IMG/VR virus record: IMGVR_UViG_3300032288_004972
Span: 1-60,327 of that record
Source: a virus
Taxonomy: Duplodnaviria > Caudoviricetes
Length of the DNA: 60,327 nt
Strand: one strand, 5' to 3'
A program made the position numbers and the translations under genes. Under the pieces are notes generated by a model that did not search any database, had not been told where the DNA came from, and saw nothing but the letters and a program-made list of their open reading frames with translations. Numbering within the stretch: the stretch's first letter is position 1; every line of letters begins with the position of its first letter. Below, one piece after another: positions 10,028 through 20,470 of the stretch.

Positions 10028-10557
10028 TGAAAATGTTAAGCTCAGTCGAAGTTCGTTTGGGTACGCCGCAGGATGTTGACGGGATGATGAAGCTCGCCAT
10101 TGCCGCTTGCGAGGAGAACGGCGTTCTTGAGCCCAATAAATTCGATTTGCTGCAGGACATTTGGCCCGCATTGAACCTCGATCACGGGATGGCTGGCGTG
10201 ATTGGTCCGATTGGCGGGGAGCTTGAAGGCGCAGTACTTTTGCGAATTGGCAGGCTTTGGTATTCAGAGAATCAAATCCTTGAGGAAAAGGCAATTTTTA
10301 TTCCTGAAGAGTTCCGGAAGGCATCCGGGCAAAGAGCAAGGAAACTTTGCGAGTTTTCTAAATCGATTTCAGACAAATTAGAAATCCCGTTGATGATCGG
10401 CGTTCTCAGCAATCAGCGGACGGAAGGAAAAGTCCGGCTTTACCGCAGAATTTTTGGAGAGCCTGCGGGCGCTTATTTTTTGTACAACGCAAAAACTGGA
10501 AACTGGAAAGAAAATCCTTCTGACACGGCGATCGCCGAAGAAATAACGGAGCACTGA
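10027..10557 (+). CDS. GNAT-fold-like internal virion protein
   Basis: VRLGTPQDV start, IFIPEEFRK motif-A-like segment; position before ejection genes as in P22/T7-like phages. Confidence 0.55.
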   Translation: MKMLSSVEVRLGTPQDVDGMMKLAIAACEENGVLEPNKFDLLQDIWPALNLDHGMAGVIGPIGGELEGAVLLRIGRLWYSENQILEEKAIFIPEEFRKASGQRARKLCEFSKSISDKLEIPLMIGVLSNQRTEGKVRLYRRIFGEPAGAYFLYNAKTGNWKENPSDTAIAEEITEH

Positions 10558-10558
10558 A

Positions 10559-13500
10559 ATGGGCGGCGGCGGAAAAACTTCAACATCGACCCAACAGGTA
10601 ACGATCCCGCCCGAGGTTCTTGCTCGGTACAACGCTGTGAATGCGCGGGCCGAAGGTCTTTCGAACACTCCGTTCCAGCCCTACAGCTACGACCCAAATG
10701 CCTTCGTTGCACCGTTGACGCAAACGCAACAGGCGGGGATTCAAAACATCAACGCTCTGCAGGGGCAAGGCTCACAGTTTTACAATACTGCTGCGCAGAT
10801 GACTGGGGCAGGTTCGCAAAGCGTAAATCCGTCGGAACTCAACGTCGGACAGTATTTCAATCCTTTTACGCAATATGTTGCAGGCGCGACCGAAGCCGCT
10901 TTGGATCAGCAGCAAGGAATTCAAAACACCGAGCAACAAGCGCGAGCGATTCGCGGCGCGGGGGCCGCATTCGGCAACGACAGAACTGGCCTTGAGCGTG
11001 CAACGCTGAGAGGCCAGCAGAACCTTGCAAGAGCTCAGGCGCTTGCGCCAATTTATCAACAAGGATATCAGCAGGCTGTTTCTACTGCGCAGCAGCAGCA
11101 AGGGCTTGGCCTTCAAGCGGAGCAGGCCAACCTCGATCGGCTTTTGCGCGGAGGCCAGCAGCTTGCAGGAATCGGCTCGGCCGGACAACAATCTGGTCTT
11201 GCAGCAGCGCAAGCGCAACTTGGCGCAGGAACTGCGGAACAGCAGACTCAGCAAGCAGGCTTGCAGGCGCTGGTCAACCAGTTCATGCAGGAGCGTGGCT
11301 ACCCGTTCCAAATTGCGCAGTTCCTTGCCAACATCGCGATGGGCACCGGCGCGCTGTCGGGCAGCACGACCACCACGACGCAGCCCGCACCGTTTTTCTC
11401 CGACGAGCGCGAAAAGACCAACATCAAGTCGCTGGGCGATGGGCTCTACGCCTACGACTACATTGACGACGTTGAACGCGCAGAGCGCACAGGCTCGCCG
11501 ATGCCGCCCAAGCGCGTTGGTCCGATGGCGCAGGACATTGAGCAGTCGAGCCCCGGACAGGTTATCGATGTGAATGACTACAAGGTTGTCGCTCCAGCGC
11601 AAAAGGCTGGGGGCGGAGGATTGAGCATTGCTGCGCCGACGGCAGTGCGCAGCGGACTCGGATCAATGCCGCAGTTCGCGATGCCGCAATTTGGCGGAAC
11701 GTCTTCAGCGGCAATGCCAAGAATACAGGCGAGCGCAGTTTTGCCTGCGACCTACAGGCCTCCGGTTGCAGAACCTGCGCCAACAAGAACGTCCTACCGT
11801 GACATGGTGGCGAGCGGACAGCTTGGGCCATTCATTCCGGGAATGATTGGCATTATGGACGGAATTGCAGGGATGGCTGGACGGCCAGAGATGTTCAGTT
11901 CGGCGTTTGGCGAAAAACTTGCAGACCGAATGGGCGGATCTTCTCGAGCGCAGCGGAATTACAATCCCGGCGTTGCGGCTCCGCGCTATGCAGAAGGCGG
12001 GTACGTTGATCGGCCCGGCGCTTACGAGCGTGGCGGGTACGCTCCCGGCGGGCTCGTCGGAGCAGAAGATTTGCGCTCGATCCTCGCGGCGCAGCAGCAG
12101 TTCCTTGGCCCCTACGCAGGGCAAGGTGCGCCGTACAGCGGACAGCAGCAAGGCAAGCCGAGCTATGTCCCGCAGGCCTCCTTGCCTGTGCCAAAGCTGA
12201 TGACGGCAGGCAATGCGCCGCAGCAGCGCCCATCCGGTCTGGCGGAGGCAGCGCAAACGGGCTCGCAAATCGCTGGGCTGCTCGACATGGGCTCGAAAGC
12301 CTACGACAAAGGAAGCCAATTCCTCTCAAGAAAGCCTTCTGCGCCGACGTCAACTGGGCCAAAGGTGATAAATGAGTCTGGCGCAATTGCGCTCGGAATG
12401 AATGCGCCGCGCGAAACTCCCGACGTTGCGGCAGGGCTCGGCTCTGCGCCTGTGAAAGTGTCTGATCTTGTGGAAGAGACGACAGCGTTCGCAGCCAATG
12501 GCGGACGGATTGGTCGAGGTTACGCCTCCGGTGGAATGCCCTACGGCGGCGGGGACGAGATTCTTCAAGATGTTCTCGACGACGGCAAAGATGAGATTCG
12601 CCAGCTTCAAAAACCCGGACAGGCACCGGGCGCACCGAAGGGCCTCGGCTCAGAGCTCATGGATGCTGCGAAGCTCGGAAGCAGCCTTTACAGCATTGGC
12701 AGCACAGCCGCAGCAGCGGCTCCTGCCGCGATGGAATTTCTTGCAGCGATTCCGTTGATGTTCTCGGATCGCCGGTTGAAAGACAACATCGCCCCGGTTG
12801 GCGAGACCTATGACGGGCAGCAGATCTATCGCTACGACATGGGCGACGGACGCACGCAGCTTGGGCTGATGGCGCAGGAAGTTGCGCAGCGCAAGCCCGA
12901 CGCAGTTGGTGAGCGCAATGGCTTCCTGACGCTGGACTACGATCGCGCAACGGAGGATGCAGTTCCGCGCGCTTATGGCGGGCTGGTCCCGCGCGGCGGT
13001 TACGCAAATGGCGGACCACCAGAAAATGAAGAGCCTTCAATCCTCGAGCGTTTGAAGCGCGGAGCTTCCGATTTGCTTCCGGAGCCGGACCGCGTCCTTC
13101 CGTTGAAAACGGGAACCGGAGAAAAGTTCGGAGGATACGGAGACTTCCTGACAAGCAAGCAATTCATCATTCCGCTGCTGACCGGCCTCGGCGCAATGGC
13201 GGCTTCTCCGTCGCGCTATTTTGGCGGGGCGGCGCTACAAGGTTTGGGTGCAGGCGCACAGGCCTACTCGAACCTCGAGAAGCGCGAGCAGGACATGGCG
13301 ACGGATCGCGCAAGGGAACAGCAGATCCTCGCAGAAGTTGGCGGCGGCGAGCGGCGTCCGGGTCCGGATGGGTTCCCGCAGCGCCGGGTTTATCGCGGCA
13401 GGACTCCGGTGTGGATCGACGAGGGCGAATTCCAGAGGGCGCGGCGCGAAGGCCGTCCGTATTCCACAACGCCGGAAACGGCAGTCACACCTCCGGCAGC

Positions 13501-14554
13501 GCCCTATGGCGGCCCGGGTGCAGAGCCGGGCTTTGGGCAGCGCAGGCCCAACCCTCCAGAGCCCGTAGGAGCGGGTTCCGCCGCCGGGGCAGGAACTGCC
13601 GCCGGGACGGCTGCAACGGCTCCAGCCCGCGCTGGAACCAATCCAGCGACCGGAAAACCGGCGGGGGCGGCTCCGCGTGATCCGTCTGAATATCCGGCGG
13701 CGACGGGAGCGACGATTCAGCTTAATCCGGAGCTCCGAAAGCTTGCGGAAGAAAACGCGACAATGCGAGAAGACGCAGGGATCGCTGGTCTTCCGAAATC
13801 AGAATATTCCCCGTTCGAGTCTTGGTCTGCGGCAGCGAATATGTCGCGCGAGCAAATGCGAGATCGCATGACGTTTGCGAAGGCGCTGGCAGAAATCCCG
13901 CGTGACAATTCGGCTGTTCAAAGCGGCAGGTTCTCGTCAGAGGTCGCGACGCCAATAATTCAATGGGCGCGAAGCACACTTTCGACGCTCGGCGTTGATA
14001 ACGACACGCTGAACAAGATCGCTCGGCCGCAGGACCTTGCCAACACCGAAGTGGTTAACAAGATCCGTCAGGTCATGGCAGCGAAGATCGCAGCAGGCGG
14101 AGATCAGCGTTCGCTCGGAGCCCTTGAAGGCGCGCTGCTTTCGATCCCCGGCCAAGTCAACACCCCGGCGGGCGCAGCAAAGCTCGTTGCAGAGATGCTT
14201 GTTGGAGGGCAGGAGCCGCTCGACCGGGAAGCTTATGGGACGGCTTACCGTAGGTATGTCGAGAACAAGTTCGGATTAAGCGATACACAATCGCAATGGA
14301 CGGGACGCGGCCTTGCGCAGCAGTACGACAAAGACCGCCGTGAAGCGCTCGAGAAAGACAAAAAATATCTTGACGAGTTGTACCGTACTCCGATTACCAT
14401 CGACGGTAAGAAAGAATACATGCTTCCTTACCTGATTCGCAACAACGGGAAAATCGAAAATCCGCAAATTCGCGAAGCGTTCTACAAGCGTTACGGAAAA
14501 GACGCAGAAAAGGTCCTGCGTTACTTCAACCCGAATCTGATGAGGGTGCAATGA
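10559..14554 (+). CDS. Internal virion/ejection protein with two internal Peptidase_S74-like autocleaving chaperone domains
   Basis: MGGGGK start, Q/A/G-rich pilot-like N-terminus; SDEREK...GPMAQDIE and SDRRLK...GLMAQEV...LDY. Confidence 0.75.
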   Translation: MGGGGKTSTSTQQVTIPPEVLARYNAVNARAEGLSNTPFQPYSYDPNAFVAPLTQTQQAGIQNINALQGQGSQFYNTAAQMTGAGSQSVNPSELNVGQYFNPFTQYVAGATEAALDQQQGIQNTEQQARAIRGAGAAFGNDRTGLERATLRGQQNLARAQALAPIYQQGYQQAVSTAQQQQGLGLQAEQANLDRLLRGGQQLAGIGSAGQQSGLAAAQAQLGAGTAEQQTQQAGLQALVNQFMQERGYPFQIAQFLANIAMGTGALSGSTTTTTQPAPFFSDEREKTNIKSLGDGLYAYDYIDDVERAERTGSPMPPKRVGPMAQDIEQSSPGQVIDVNDYKVVAPAQKAGGGGLSIAAPTAVRSGLGSMPQFAMPQFGGTSSAAMPRIQASAVLPATYRPPVAEPAPTRTSYRDMVASGQLGPFIPGMIGIMDGIAGMAGRPEMFSSAFGEKLADRMGGSSRAQRNYNPGVAAPRYAEGGYVDRPGAYERGGYAPGGLVGAEDLRSILAAQQQFLGPYAGQGAPYSGQQQGKPSYVPQASLPVPKLMTAGNAPQQRPSGLAEAAQTGSQIAGLLDMGSKAYDKGSQFLSRKPSAPTSTGPKVINESGAIALGMNAPRETPDVAAGLGSAPVKVSDLVEETTAFAANGGRIGRGYASGGMPYGGGDEILQDVLDDGKDEIRQLQKPGQAPGAPKGLGSELMDAAKLGSSLYSIGSTAAAAAPAAMEFLAAIPLMFSDRRLKDNIAPVGETYDGQQIYRYDMGDGRTQLGLMAQEVAQRKPDAVGERNGFLTLDYDRATEDAVPRAYGGLVPRGGYANGGPPENEEPSILERLKRGASDLLPEPDRVLPLKTGTGEKFGGYGDFLTSKQFIIPLLTGLGAMAASPSRYFGGAALQGLGAGAQAYSNLEKREQDMATDRAREQQILAEVGGGERRPGPDGFPQRRVYRGRTPVWIDEGEFQRARREGRPYSTTPETAVTPPAAPYGGPGAEPGFGQRRPNPPEPVGAGSAAGAGTAAGTAATAPARAGTNPATGKPAGAAPRDPSEYPAATGATIQLNPELRKLAEENATMREDAGIAGLPKSEYSPFESWSAAANMSREQMRDRMTFAKALAEIPRDNSAVQSGRFSSEVATPIIQWARSTLSTLGVDNDTLNKIARPQDLANTEVVNKIRQVMAAKIAAGGDQRSLGALEGALLSIPGQVNTPAGAAKLVAEMLVGGQEPLDREAYGTAYRRYVENKFGLSDTQSQWTGRGLAQQYDKDRREALEKDKKYLDELYRTPITIDGKKEYMLPYLIRNNGKIENPQIREAFYKRYGKDAEKVLRYFNPNLMRVQ

Positions 14555-17091
14555 ACGACGCGATTTTCGGAGAGCCGGAAGACTATTCCGCAACAAATAC
14601 GGCTCCTGCGCCGAGCCCGTCTCCGTTTGGCACGCTCCCGAAGCAGGGCGCGCTCATCTTCGGAGAGCCTGAGAGCTACAACGAGACCTCCGGAAATGCT
14701 CCACCAACGGCGGGGCAGTCTGCTGTCGCAATTGCCACAGGTGCGATGCAGCCTGCCGCGAGGGCAATGAAGTCGCTGACGCCGAGGCGCATGGGCGAAT
14801 ACCTCGAACAGCGCATGCTTCCGACGCTGGAAGAAAATTCGCAGCGCGCAATTATTAAGCAAGAAGCAGAACGGCGGCGGAATGAAGCGGAGCTCCCCGG
14901 CGTTGACCCAACGACGCAAAAGGCGCTGGCCGCTGGGATGAATACGTTGGGCTCAGGGACGCTGAACACGTTCAATTGGCTCCCTGCGACAATGGGCAAA
15001 GCAGCCGGGACAATGGGCGTTCCGGGCTACGAAGCTTTTCGCGAGCCTTCGATCACAGATATCAAAAAACAATTTGACACTAAGCAGACAGCGGCAGCAG
15101 AGTTGCAGCCGGGTTACGGCGCGGCGGGAACGCTCGCCGGAATCGTTGGCGGAGCAAAGGCGCTCCCTGCGATTGCCCCGACAAGGTCTCCGGCGGTCAG
15201 CGGCGCACTGACGGGTGCAGTTTATGGAACGGTGGCAGGCGGTGCGGCGGAAGGAAGCCTAATCGACGCAATCAAGGGCGCGGGGGTCGGCGCACTCGGC
15301 GGCGCAGTTGCTGCACCAATTCTTGAAAAAGCAGCGAGCGGCCTGACGCGGCTTTTCGTCGGAGGGAGGCCCGTCGTCGATGCGTCTGGGTCGTTGACGC
15401 CGGAAGCACGGAAGATCGCGGCGCAGGCAGGTTTGTCAGCGGACGACATCAACACCTTGAGCCCGCAGCTGCGCGAAGTTTTTGAGCGCCGAGGCCTGAC
15501 ACCTGCCGCAGCAAAAGAAGCGCGGTTCCGTGAATTCGAAATTGAGCCCAAGCGCGGCATGGTCGAAAACGACATGCGCCAGCTTGCTGCAGAACAGAAA
15601 TTCGGAGACTACGGGCCGCAGGTCGCTCAGGCGGCAGGCGCAGCAGAGCGGTTCGTCGGAGGACAGCAGCCGCCTCTGCGCGACGCAATTTATTCCGCTG
15701 TGAACAAGGCCGAGAGCAACGCAAAGGGCCTGAAGGCAACAGTCGATGCGGCCTACGCTCGTGCGGGACAGACGCCGGGCTCTTTTTCGCGCGAGACGCT
15801 CGAGAATGTTGGGGACAAAATCCTCCAATCTTGGACGCCAAATGCAAATCTTTTAGCTTTCCGGAACAACGAAGTTGCGACAAAAGCTGCTGAGAAATTG
15901 AACGCAGACCTCGGAACATTCCTTGAGGCCGGAAACGGCGTCAGGATCATGCATCGCAATTTCCGTGCGGTCGAAGAGGCTCGCAAAGGACTGAACGAGG
16001 CATTTTCGAAAGCGCAAACACCGACAGATCGAGCGGCGGTCAGAAAACTCATCGAGAGCTACGACGACTACATTGAATCAGCAATCTCCTCCGGCGCATT
16101 CAAAGGCGACCCCAAAGTGTTGCAGGAATGGAAAACCGCACGTAAGCTTTTCAGCGAATATCAGAACAAGTTTGGAGTGAAGAAATCCGGTGAAGAGGCC
16201 GGGTCGCTGCTGAAAGCGATCGTTGAGCAAAACAAGGGACCGGACGATGTTGCAAAGATGATGTTCTCATTTGCGGGGTCAGGTGACGCCGCGATGAAGC
16301 AAAACGCACTGAAGACCTATTTTCAGCTGCGGCGAGCATTGGGGCCGAATAGCCCAGAGCTCGAGAACATCAAACGTTCTTATATCCAAGAGATAATGAC
16401 GCCGACAGAAGCTTCCCAAAAAGGATTCGCTGCAGCTGCAAAAAAGATGGATGCTTTTCTGAAAGGCAATGCTTCCGACTTCTCCCGGCGAGTGCTGTCC
16501 TCGCAGGAAAGAGAAGGGCTCGCGCGCTACGCTGAAGTGATGCGCCAAGCCTCAAAAACGTCGCCTGACGAGACTCGGTACAAAATCAATCAGGTTACGA
16601 ACGCGCTGATGACAGCGGTTCCGGTTGTTGCGAGCGGCGCGAGTTATGCGCTTTCGATGGCCCATCCGGCCCTCGCTGGGCTCGTCGGCGGCATCGGCCT
16701 AGGCGTCGGTACGGCGCGAGGCTACCGGGGCAGCGATTTCGTCGCGAGGCGCTTGGCCAACAAGCCGCCGCGTGAAGTGCCGCGCGAGCGCGCAGTTCCG
16801 AGCATCCGGACCGGCGTTCCATTGGGAGCAGCGAGCGCTCCCGAAATTGAAAAGGCGCTGCCCGAAGTTGGGCGGGCCTTTGAAGAACGGCAGCGCACGA
16901 CCCCTGAAGATCCGCGCAGGGCGCGTGCAACTGGCGGGAAAGTTTCGATTGACCATCACGCCGAGGCAGACAAACTTATCCGGCTTTTTGAACAAGCAAG
17001 GAAAAGCCACGGCAAGCAGACCGAAAGTCTGCTTTCACAAGACGACAATGCAATCGCAAAGGCGCTAAAAGTCGCCAACGACCACATCTGA
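14551..17091 (+). CDS. Internal virion/ejection protein
   Basis: 846 aa, Ala/Gly-rich hydrophobic helices, alpha-helical, follows the first ejection gene. Confidence 0.65.
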   Translation: MNDAIFGEPEDYSATNTAPAPSPSPFGTLPKQGALIFGEPESYNETSGNAPPTAGQSAVAIATGAMQPAARAMKSLTPRRMGEYLEQRMLPTLEENSQRAIIKQEAERRRNEAELPGVDPTTQKALAAGMNTLGSGTLNTFNWLPATMGKAAGTMGVPGYEAFREPSITDIKKQFDTKQTAAAELQPGYGAAGTLAGIVGGAKALPAIAPTRSPAVSGALTGAVYGTVAGGAAEGSLIDAIKGAGVGALGGAVAAPILEKAASGLTRLFVGGRPVVDASGSLTPEARKIAAQAGLSADDINTLSPQLREVFERRGLTPAAAKEARFREFEIEPKRGMVENDMRQLAAEQKFGDYGPQVAQAAGAAERFVGGQQPPLRDAIYSAVNKAESNAKGLKATVDAAYARAGQTPGSFSRETLENVGDKILQSWTPNANLLAFRNNEVATKAAEKLNADLGTFLEAGNGVRIMHRNFRAVEEARKGLNEAFSKAQTPTDRAAVRKLIESYDDYIESAISSGAFKGDPKVLQEWKTARKLFSEYQNKFGVKKSGEEAGSLLKAIVEQNKGPDDVAKMMFSFAGSGDAAMKQNALKTYFQLRRALGPNSPELENIKRSYIQEIMTPTEASQKGFAAAAKKMDAFLKGNASDFSRRVLSSQEREGLARYAEVMRQASKTSPDETRYKINQVTNALMTAVPVVASGASYALSMAHPALAGLVGGIGLGVGTARGYRGSDFVARRLANKPPREVPRERAVPSIRTGVPLGAASAPEIEKALPEVGRAFEERQRTTPEDPRRARATGGKVSIDHHAEADKLIRLFEQARKSHGKQTESLLSQDDNAIAKALKVANDHI

Positions 17092-17101
17092 GGAGAACGT
17101 C

Positions 17102-18016
17102 ATGGCTTCGTCCTACACTTCAAATAAATACATCGAGAAGCCTGCGTACAATGACTACGCCGCCAACCCAACGGGATGGTCCGGTCCCGTCAACACGGAC
17201 TGGGACATAATTGATGCTGCATTCGGCGGCGTTTTGTCTTTGAATGCGACAGGCTCTGTGGGAACGGTTGCGATCACAACCGCAAACGCAAAGAACCTGA
17301 TTATTAATGTTACAGGCGCGATGACAGGCAACGCCACTTACACTCTTCCAGCTAATTCTGGCGCAACGGGCATTGTCGGAGGTCAATGGATCGTTTACAA
17401 TAATACAACGGGCAATTTCACCGTTACAATTGCTCCGGTTTCGGGCGGCGGAACATCAGTAGTCTGTCGGCAAGGAGTTCGCACGGCCATCTATTCGGAT
17501 GGAACGAATGTCGCCCTCGCAGATGATCGCGCATCTCCCGGCGGATCAAACACTCAACTTCAATATAACAATTCAGGGGCGCTTGCTGGTTCCTCGAAAA
17601 TGACCTTCGACGGGACCACAACCACGATTGATGCTCTCGCGGTAACAAACGCCGCCACGGTAGGTGGAACAATAACTGGTTCAAGCACAATTGCGGATTC
17701 AATCGGCAATGTTAGAACCATCCCCGCCAATGCAAAGACAACCGCCTATGTTCTTCTTTCATCGGATGCTGGTAAATTCATCAGCATTACGACAGGCGGC
17801 GTTACGATCAATACCGGCACGTTCACCACTGGCCAGAATGTCACAATCTACAACAACAGCGGCAGCAACCAGACAATCACGCAGGGCTCTGGCGTAACTC
17901 TCAGGCAGGTTGGAACAGCATCTACGGGCAACCGAACTCTTGCTCAATACGGTCTTGCGACGATCTTATGCGTTGGGACGGACACTTACGTTATAACGGG
18001 CGGGGGCCTGACCTAA
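17102..18016 (+). CDS. Tail fibre/structural protein
   Basis: Thr/Gly-rich; GGSNTQLQYNNSG motif shared with the fibre ([13 protein letters not shown]). Confidence 0.65.
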   Translation: MASSYTSNKYIEKPAYNDYAANPTGWSGPVNTDWDIIDAAFGGVLSLNATGSVGTVAITTANAKNLIINVTGAMTGNATYTLPANSGATGIVGGQWIVYNNTTGNFTVTIAPVSGGGTSVVCRQGVRTAIYSDGTNVALADDRASPGGSNTQLQYNNSGALAGSSKMTFDGTTTTIDALAVTNAATVGGTITGSSTIADSIGNVRTIPANAKTTAYVLLSSDAGKFISITTGGVTINTGTFTTGQNVTIYNNSGSNQTITQGSGVTLRQVGTASTGNRTLAQYGLATILCVGTDTYVITGGGLT

Positions 18017-18729
18017 TGTCCATATATAATCTGCTTTGCGGCATAGGAGCAATTCAGGCTTCGCCCGGCACGCTTGTCAATACGCAAGAATTTACTTCGG
18101 CAGGCTCGGGAACATGGATAAAACCCGGCAACGCATCCTATGCAATCATTGAAATTTGGGCCGGAGGCGGCTCTGGCGGCATGGCGTACAATGGCCAAAC
18201 TTCCTCCCAAGGTGGACAGGGAGGGGCGTACGTTAGTTACCAAGCAAGCATGGCCGATATGGATGCAACCGAAGAATTGCTCGTAGCCGCTGGCGGCGCG
18301 AGGGTACAAAGTAATGGTGGCGCTGGCCTCCCCGGCGGTTTCTCTTGGTTTGGCAGGGCTATATGGGCGAAAGGCGGATATGGTGGCGGCGGGCAATTTG
18401 TTACCGCTTCTGCAGCCGCTAACTATACACCGACAGTCTCCCGCCCTTGGACATTGTTGAGCAGTGAAAATGGGGCGGGAAGCACCTATTCCGCCAATGG
18501 GACAAATGCAACATACGCAGGCGCTGGCGGTGGCGGCGCTTTCAATCTTGGCACCGGGTCATATCTTGGCGGCACATCAACCTACGGCGGTAATGGTGGC
18601 GCAGGAAACAACGGTGGCGGGAACGCCACTGCCGGATCACAACCCGGCGGCGGCGGCGGAGCAGCAATTTACGTTTATTTCTCCGGCGCGGGCGGCAACG
18701 GAAAAATTGTCGTCAAGAGCTACGCCTAA
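18016..18729 (+). CDS. Glycine-rich tail tip/fibre protein
   Basis: FTSAGSGTWIKP...WAGGGSGG...GGGGG...GAGGNGKIVV glycine-rich domain. Confidence 0.7.
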   Translation: MSIYNLLCGIGAIQASPGTLVNTQEFTSAGSGTWIKPGNASYAIIEIWAGGGSGGMAYNGQTSSQGGQGGAYVSYQASMADMDATEELLVAAGGARVQSNGGAGLPGGFSWFGRAIWAKGGYGGGGQFVTASAAANYTPTVSRPWTLLSSENGAGSTYSANGTNATYAGAGGGGAFNLGTGSYLGGTSTYGGNGGAGNNGGGNATAGSQPGGGGGAAIYVYFSGAGGNGKIVVKSYA

Positions 18730-19223
18730 ATATATTTTATCGACCTTTTATATTGTGACAGCGATTGATAGCAGATTTTGTGATGATCTTCGCAATAAGT
18801 TTTACCTGACTTTTTGCGGCCGCAGAAAATGGCCCCGGCTCCGGAGCCTTCGACAATGAAGCGACAGGAGGAATCTGTCAGTCCCATTATTGCGACGCGC
18901 TCTTTCCTGCGTTTTGCTTTTTCGAAAATTTCATTGACCGCCGGAATTTCGGAGGGCTTGGACAGGAAGGCGAGCTTTTGGGGTTTTTCTCGCTTTGGCA
19001 GAACAACGGGATTTGCCTTTTTGCCTTTTTTCTTCTGAGGAGGCAGCGCCCTTACAGAGACAGATATGCCGCGTTCGCGCATTCTCGATATTCTGCCTGA
19101 AATCGAATTGCGCGTTGTGCCGAGTTCGATGGCAATTTCTCCCATCGAAAGCCCGCTGTTCCATGCTCGAATGATAAAATCTTCGATCTGTTCGACGGGG
19201 ATCTTGTTTTTTCTATCGAGCAT
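18726..19223 (-). CDS. gcrA: GcrA-like cell-cycle transcription regulator
   Basis: N-terminal WNSGLSMGEIA...TRNSISGRISR HTH; C-terminal LTDSSCRF...FCG...YCEDH. Confidence 0.85.
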   Translation of the reverse strand: MLDRKNKIPVEQIEDFIIRAWNSGLSMGEIAIELGTTRNSISGRISRMRERGISVSVRALPPQKKKGKKANPVVLPKREKPQKLAFLSKPSEIPAVNEIFEKAKRRKERVAIMGLTDSSCRFIVEGSGAGAIFCGRKKSGKTYCEDHHKICYQSLSQYKRSIKYI

Positions 19224-19236
19224 GGAACGAGCCTTT

Positions 19237-19809
19237 TTATCTCATTGCGACGAGCGTTCCTGCCCAAGCAGGAGCAGGAGCATTCATGACTTGTCGCGTG
19301 TAGGTTTTGGCGTAGCGCTCTGCCCAAGGAGCGAGACGCTTTCCTGCAATCGCGCCCGGTCCCGCCACGTGGCATCGTGCCGCGAGCGATTCACTTCCGT
19401 TTGCGCGCTTCAGGCAATCTGCTAGGTGGGCCATCCCATATTTGAGTCCGGGGAGTCCTTGCAAGGAGCCGCCTTTATAACCAAACCGCGCAGCACTCGA
19501 TGGCCGGATTTGATAAGCGCCGTAGTGCCGCCCGTGCTTTGTTTTTGGTCCAGTGGCGTAGAGGTTGCACCTGCTCTCAATGTGACATACTTTCAGCGCC
19601 AGCCGGTCAGGAACTCCCTGCCGACGGGCCTCTGCAAGAATGATCGGAATGTGATTGTTCCGTGAGATGTTTTTGGGGATCGTTCCAAAAGAGCTTGGGG
19701 CTTGCCCACGATCTTTCGCAAAATAAACTCCCGGCGGCTCATCCCACGATGCACTGGAAACGGTCGCAGAAACTGCGACCGCCCCAGCAATTGCTAAAAA
19801 TCGACTCAT
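19237..19809 (-). CDS. Secreted lytic transglycosylase (SLT-like)
   Basis: Signal peptide; IES catalytic Glu motif, GAYQI, LKYGMAHL. Confidence 0.75.
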   Translation of the reverse strand: MSRFLAIAGAVAVSATVSSASWDEPPGVYFAKDRGQAPSSFGTIPKNISRNNHIPIILAEARRQGVPDRLALKVCHIESRCNLYATGPKTKHGRHYGAYQIRPSSAARFGYKGGSLQGLPGLKYGMAHLADCLKRANGSESLAARCHVAGPGAIAGKRLAPWAERYAKTYTRQVMNAPAPAWAGTLVAMR

Positions 19810-19919
19810 TCTTTACCTTTCCACCATTTATCGCAGGCGACGAAAAACCACATGCATAAGAACAGAAGAATCATCGTCGCTGGAACGATGATTAAAACCC
19901 GTTCAAGCGCCCAATTCAA
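19806..19919 (-). CDS. Small membrane peptide (37 aa)
   Basis: Hand-translated, TTG start, NWALERVLIIVPATMILLFLCMWFFVACDKWWKGKE; 4-bp overlaps with both neighbours. Confidence 0.5.
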   Translation of the reverse strand: MNWALERVLIIVPATMILLFLCMWFFVACDKWWKGKE

Positions 19920-20179
19920 GTCTCGGCCCTCTCTCGATTGAAGACCCGGAGAGATTCCTCCAATGCCTCCACGACATTTTGCTCCGGCGCTGTGACCTGC
20001 GACATTTCAGCATAAGCCGGGGCGACCTTGTCATTAACGACCTGCTCAAGAGCATGGACAATAACATGCTTTGCCGAGACATCGACAATGCCCCAATTCG
20101 TCCGGTTGACGGCAGCGAGACGACGGTTAATTGCATTGATTGCGACGGCTTCGATAGCGTCTTTTTCGTGCTGTTCCAT
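19916..20179 (-). CDS. Hypothetical protein
   Basis: ORF in leftward operon. Confidence 0.6.
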   Translation of the reverse strand: MEQHEKDAIEAVAINAINRRLAAVNRTNWGIVDVSAKHVIVHALEQVVNDKVAPAYAEMSQVTAPEQNVVEALEESLRVFNRERAET

Positions 20180-20191
20180 TTGAGTTACCCT

Positions 20192-20470
20192 TCAGTTCAT
20201 AAAAGGACGGCCTTTGTGGCCGCCGGTCCATTGCTTCATCCTCTCAAGGACTTCAGCAATTCTTGTTTCCTCGTTTTTCATGACGAGGTGGAACGCAAGG
20301 AAGCCAAGGAACAATGCCTCGACTTCTTGTTCTTCTGTGTCGAGCTCTTTTGCAAACATAGAGAAAAGTTCGAGAACAAAAACGAAACCTTTGCTGACGT
20401 TGACGGGCATGTTTGCAGAGCGCGTTTCGCGCATTTCTCTCAATATCTCCTCGATCTGGCTGTCAAACAT
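20192..20470 (-). CDS. Hypothetical protein
   Basis: ORF in leftward operon. Confidence 0.6.
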   Translation of the reverse strand: MFDSQIEEILREMRETRSANMPVNVSKGFVFVLELFSMFAKELDTEEQEVEALFLGFLAFHLVMKNEETRIAEVLERMKQWTGGHKGRPFMN

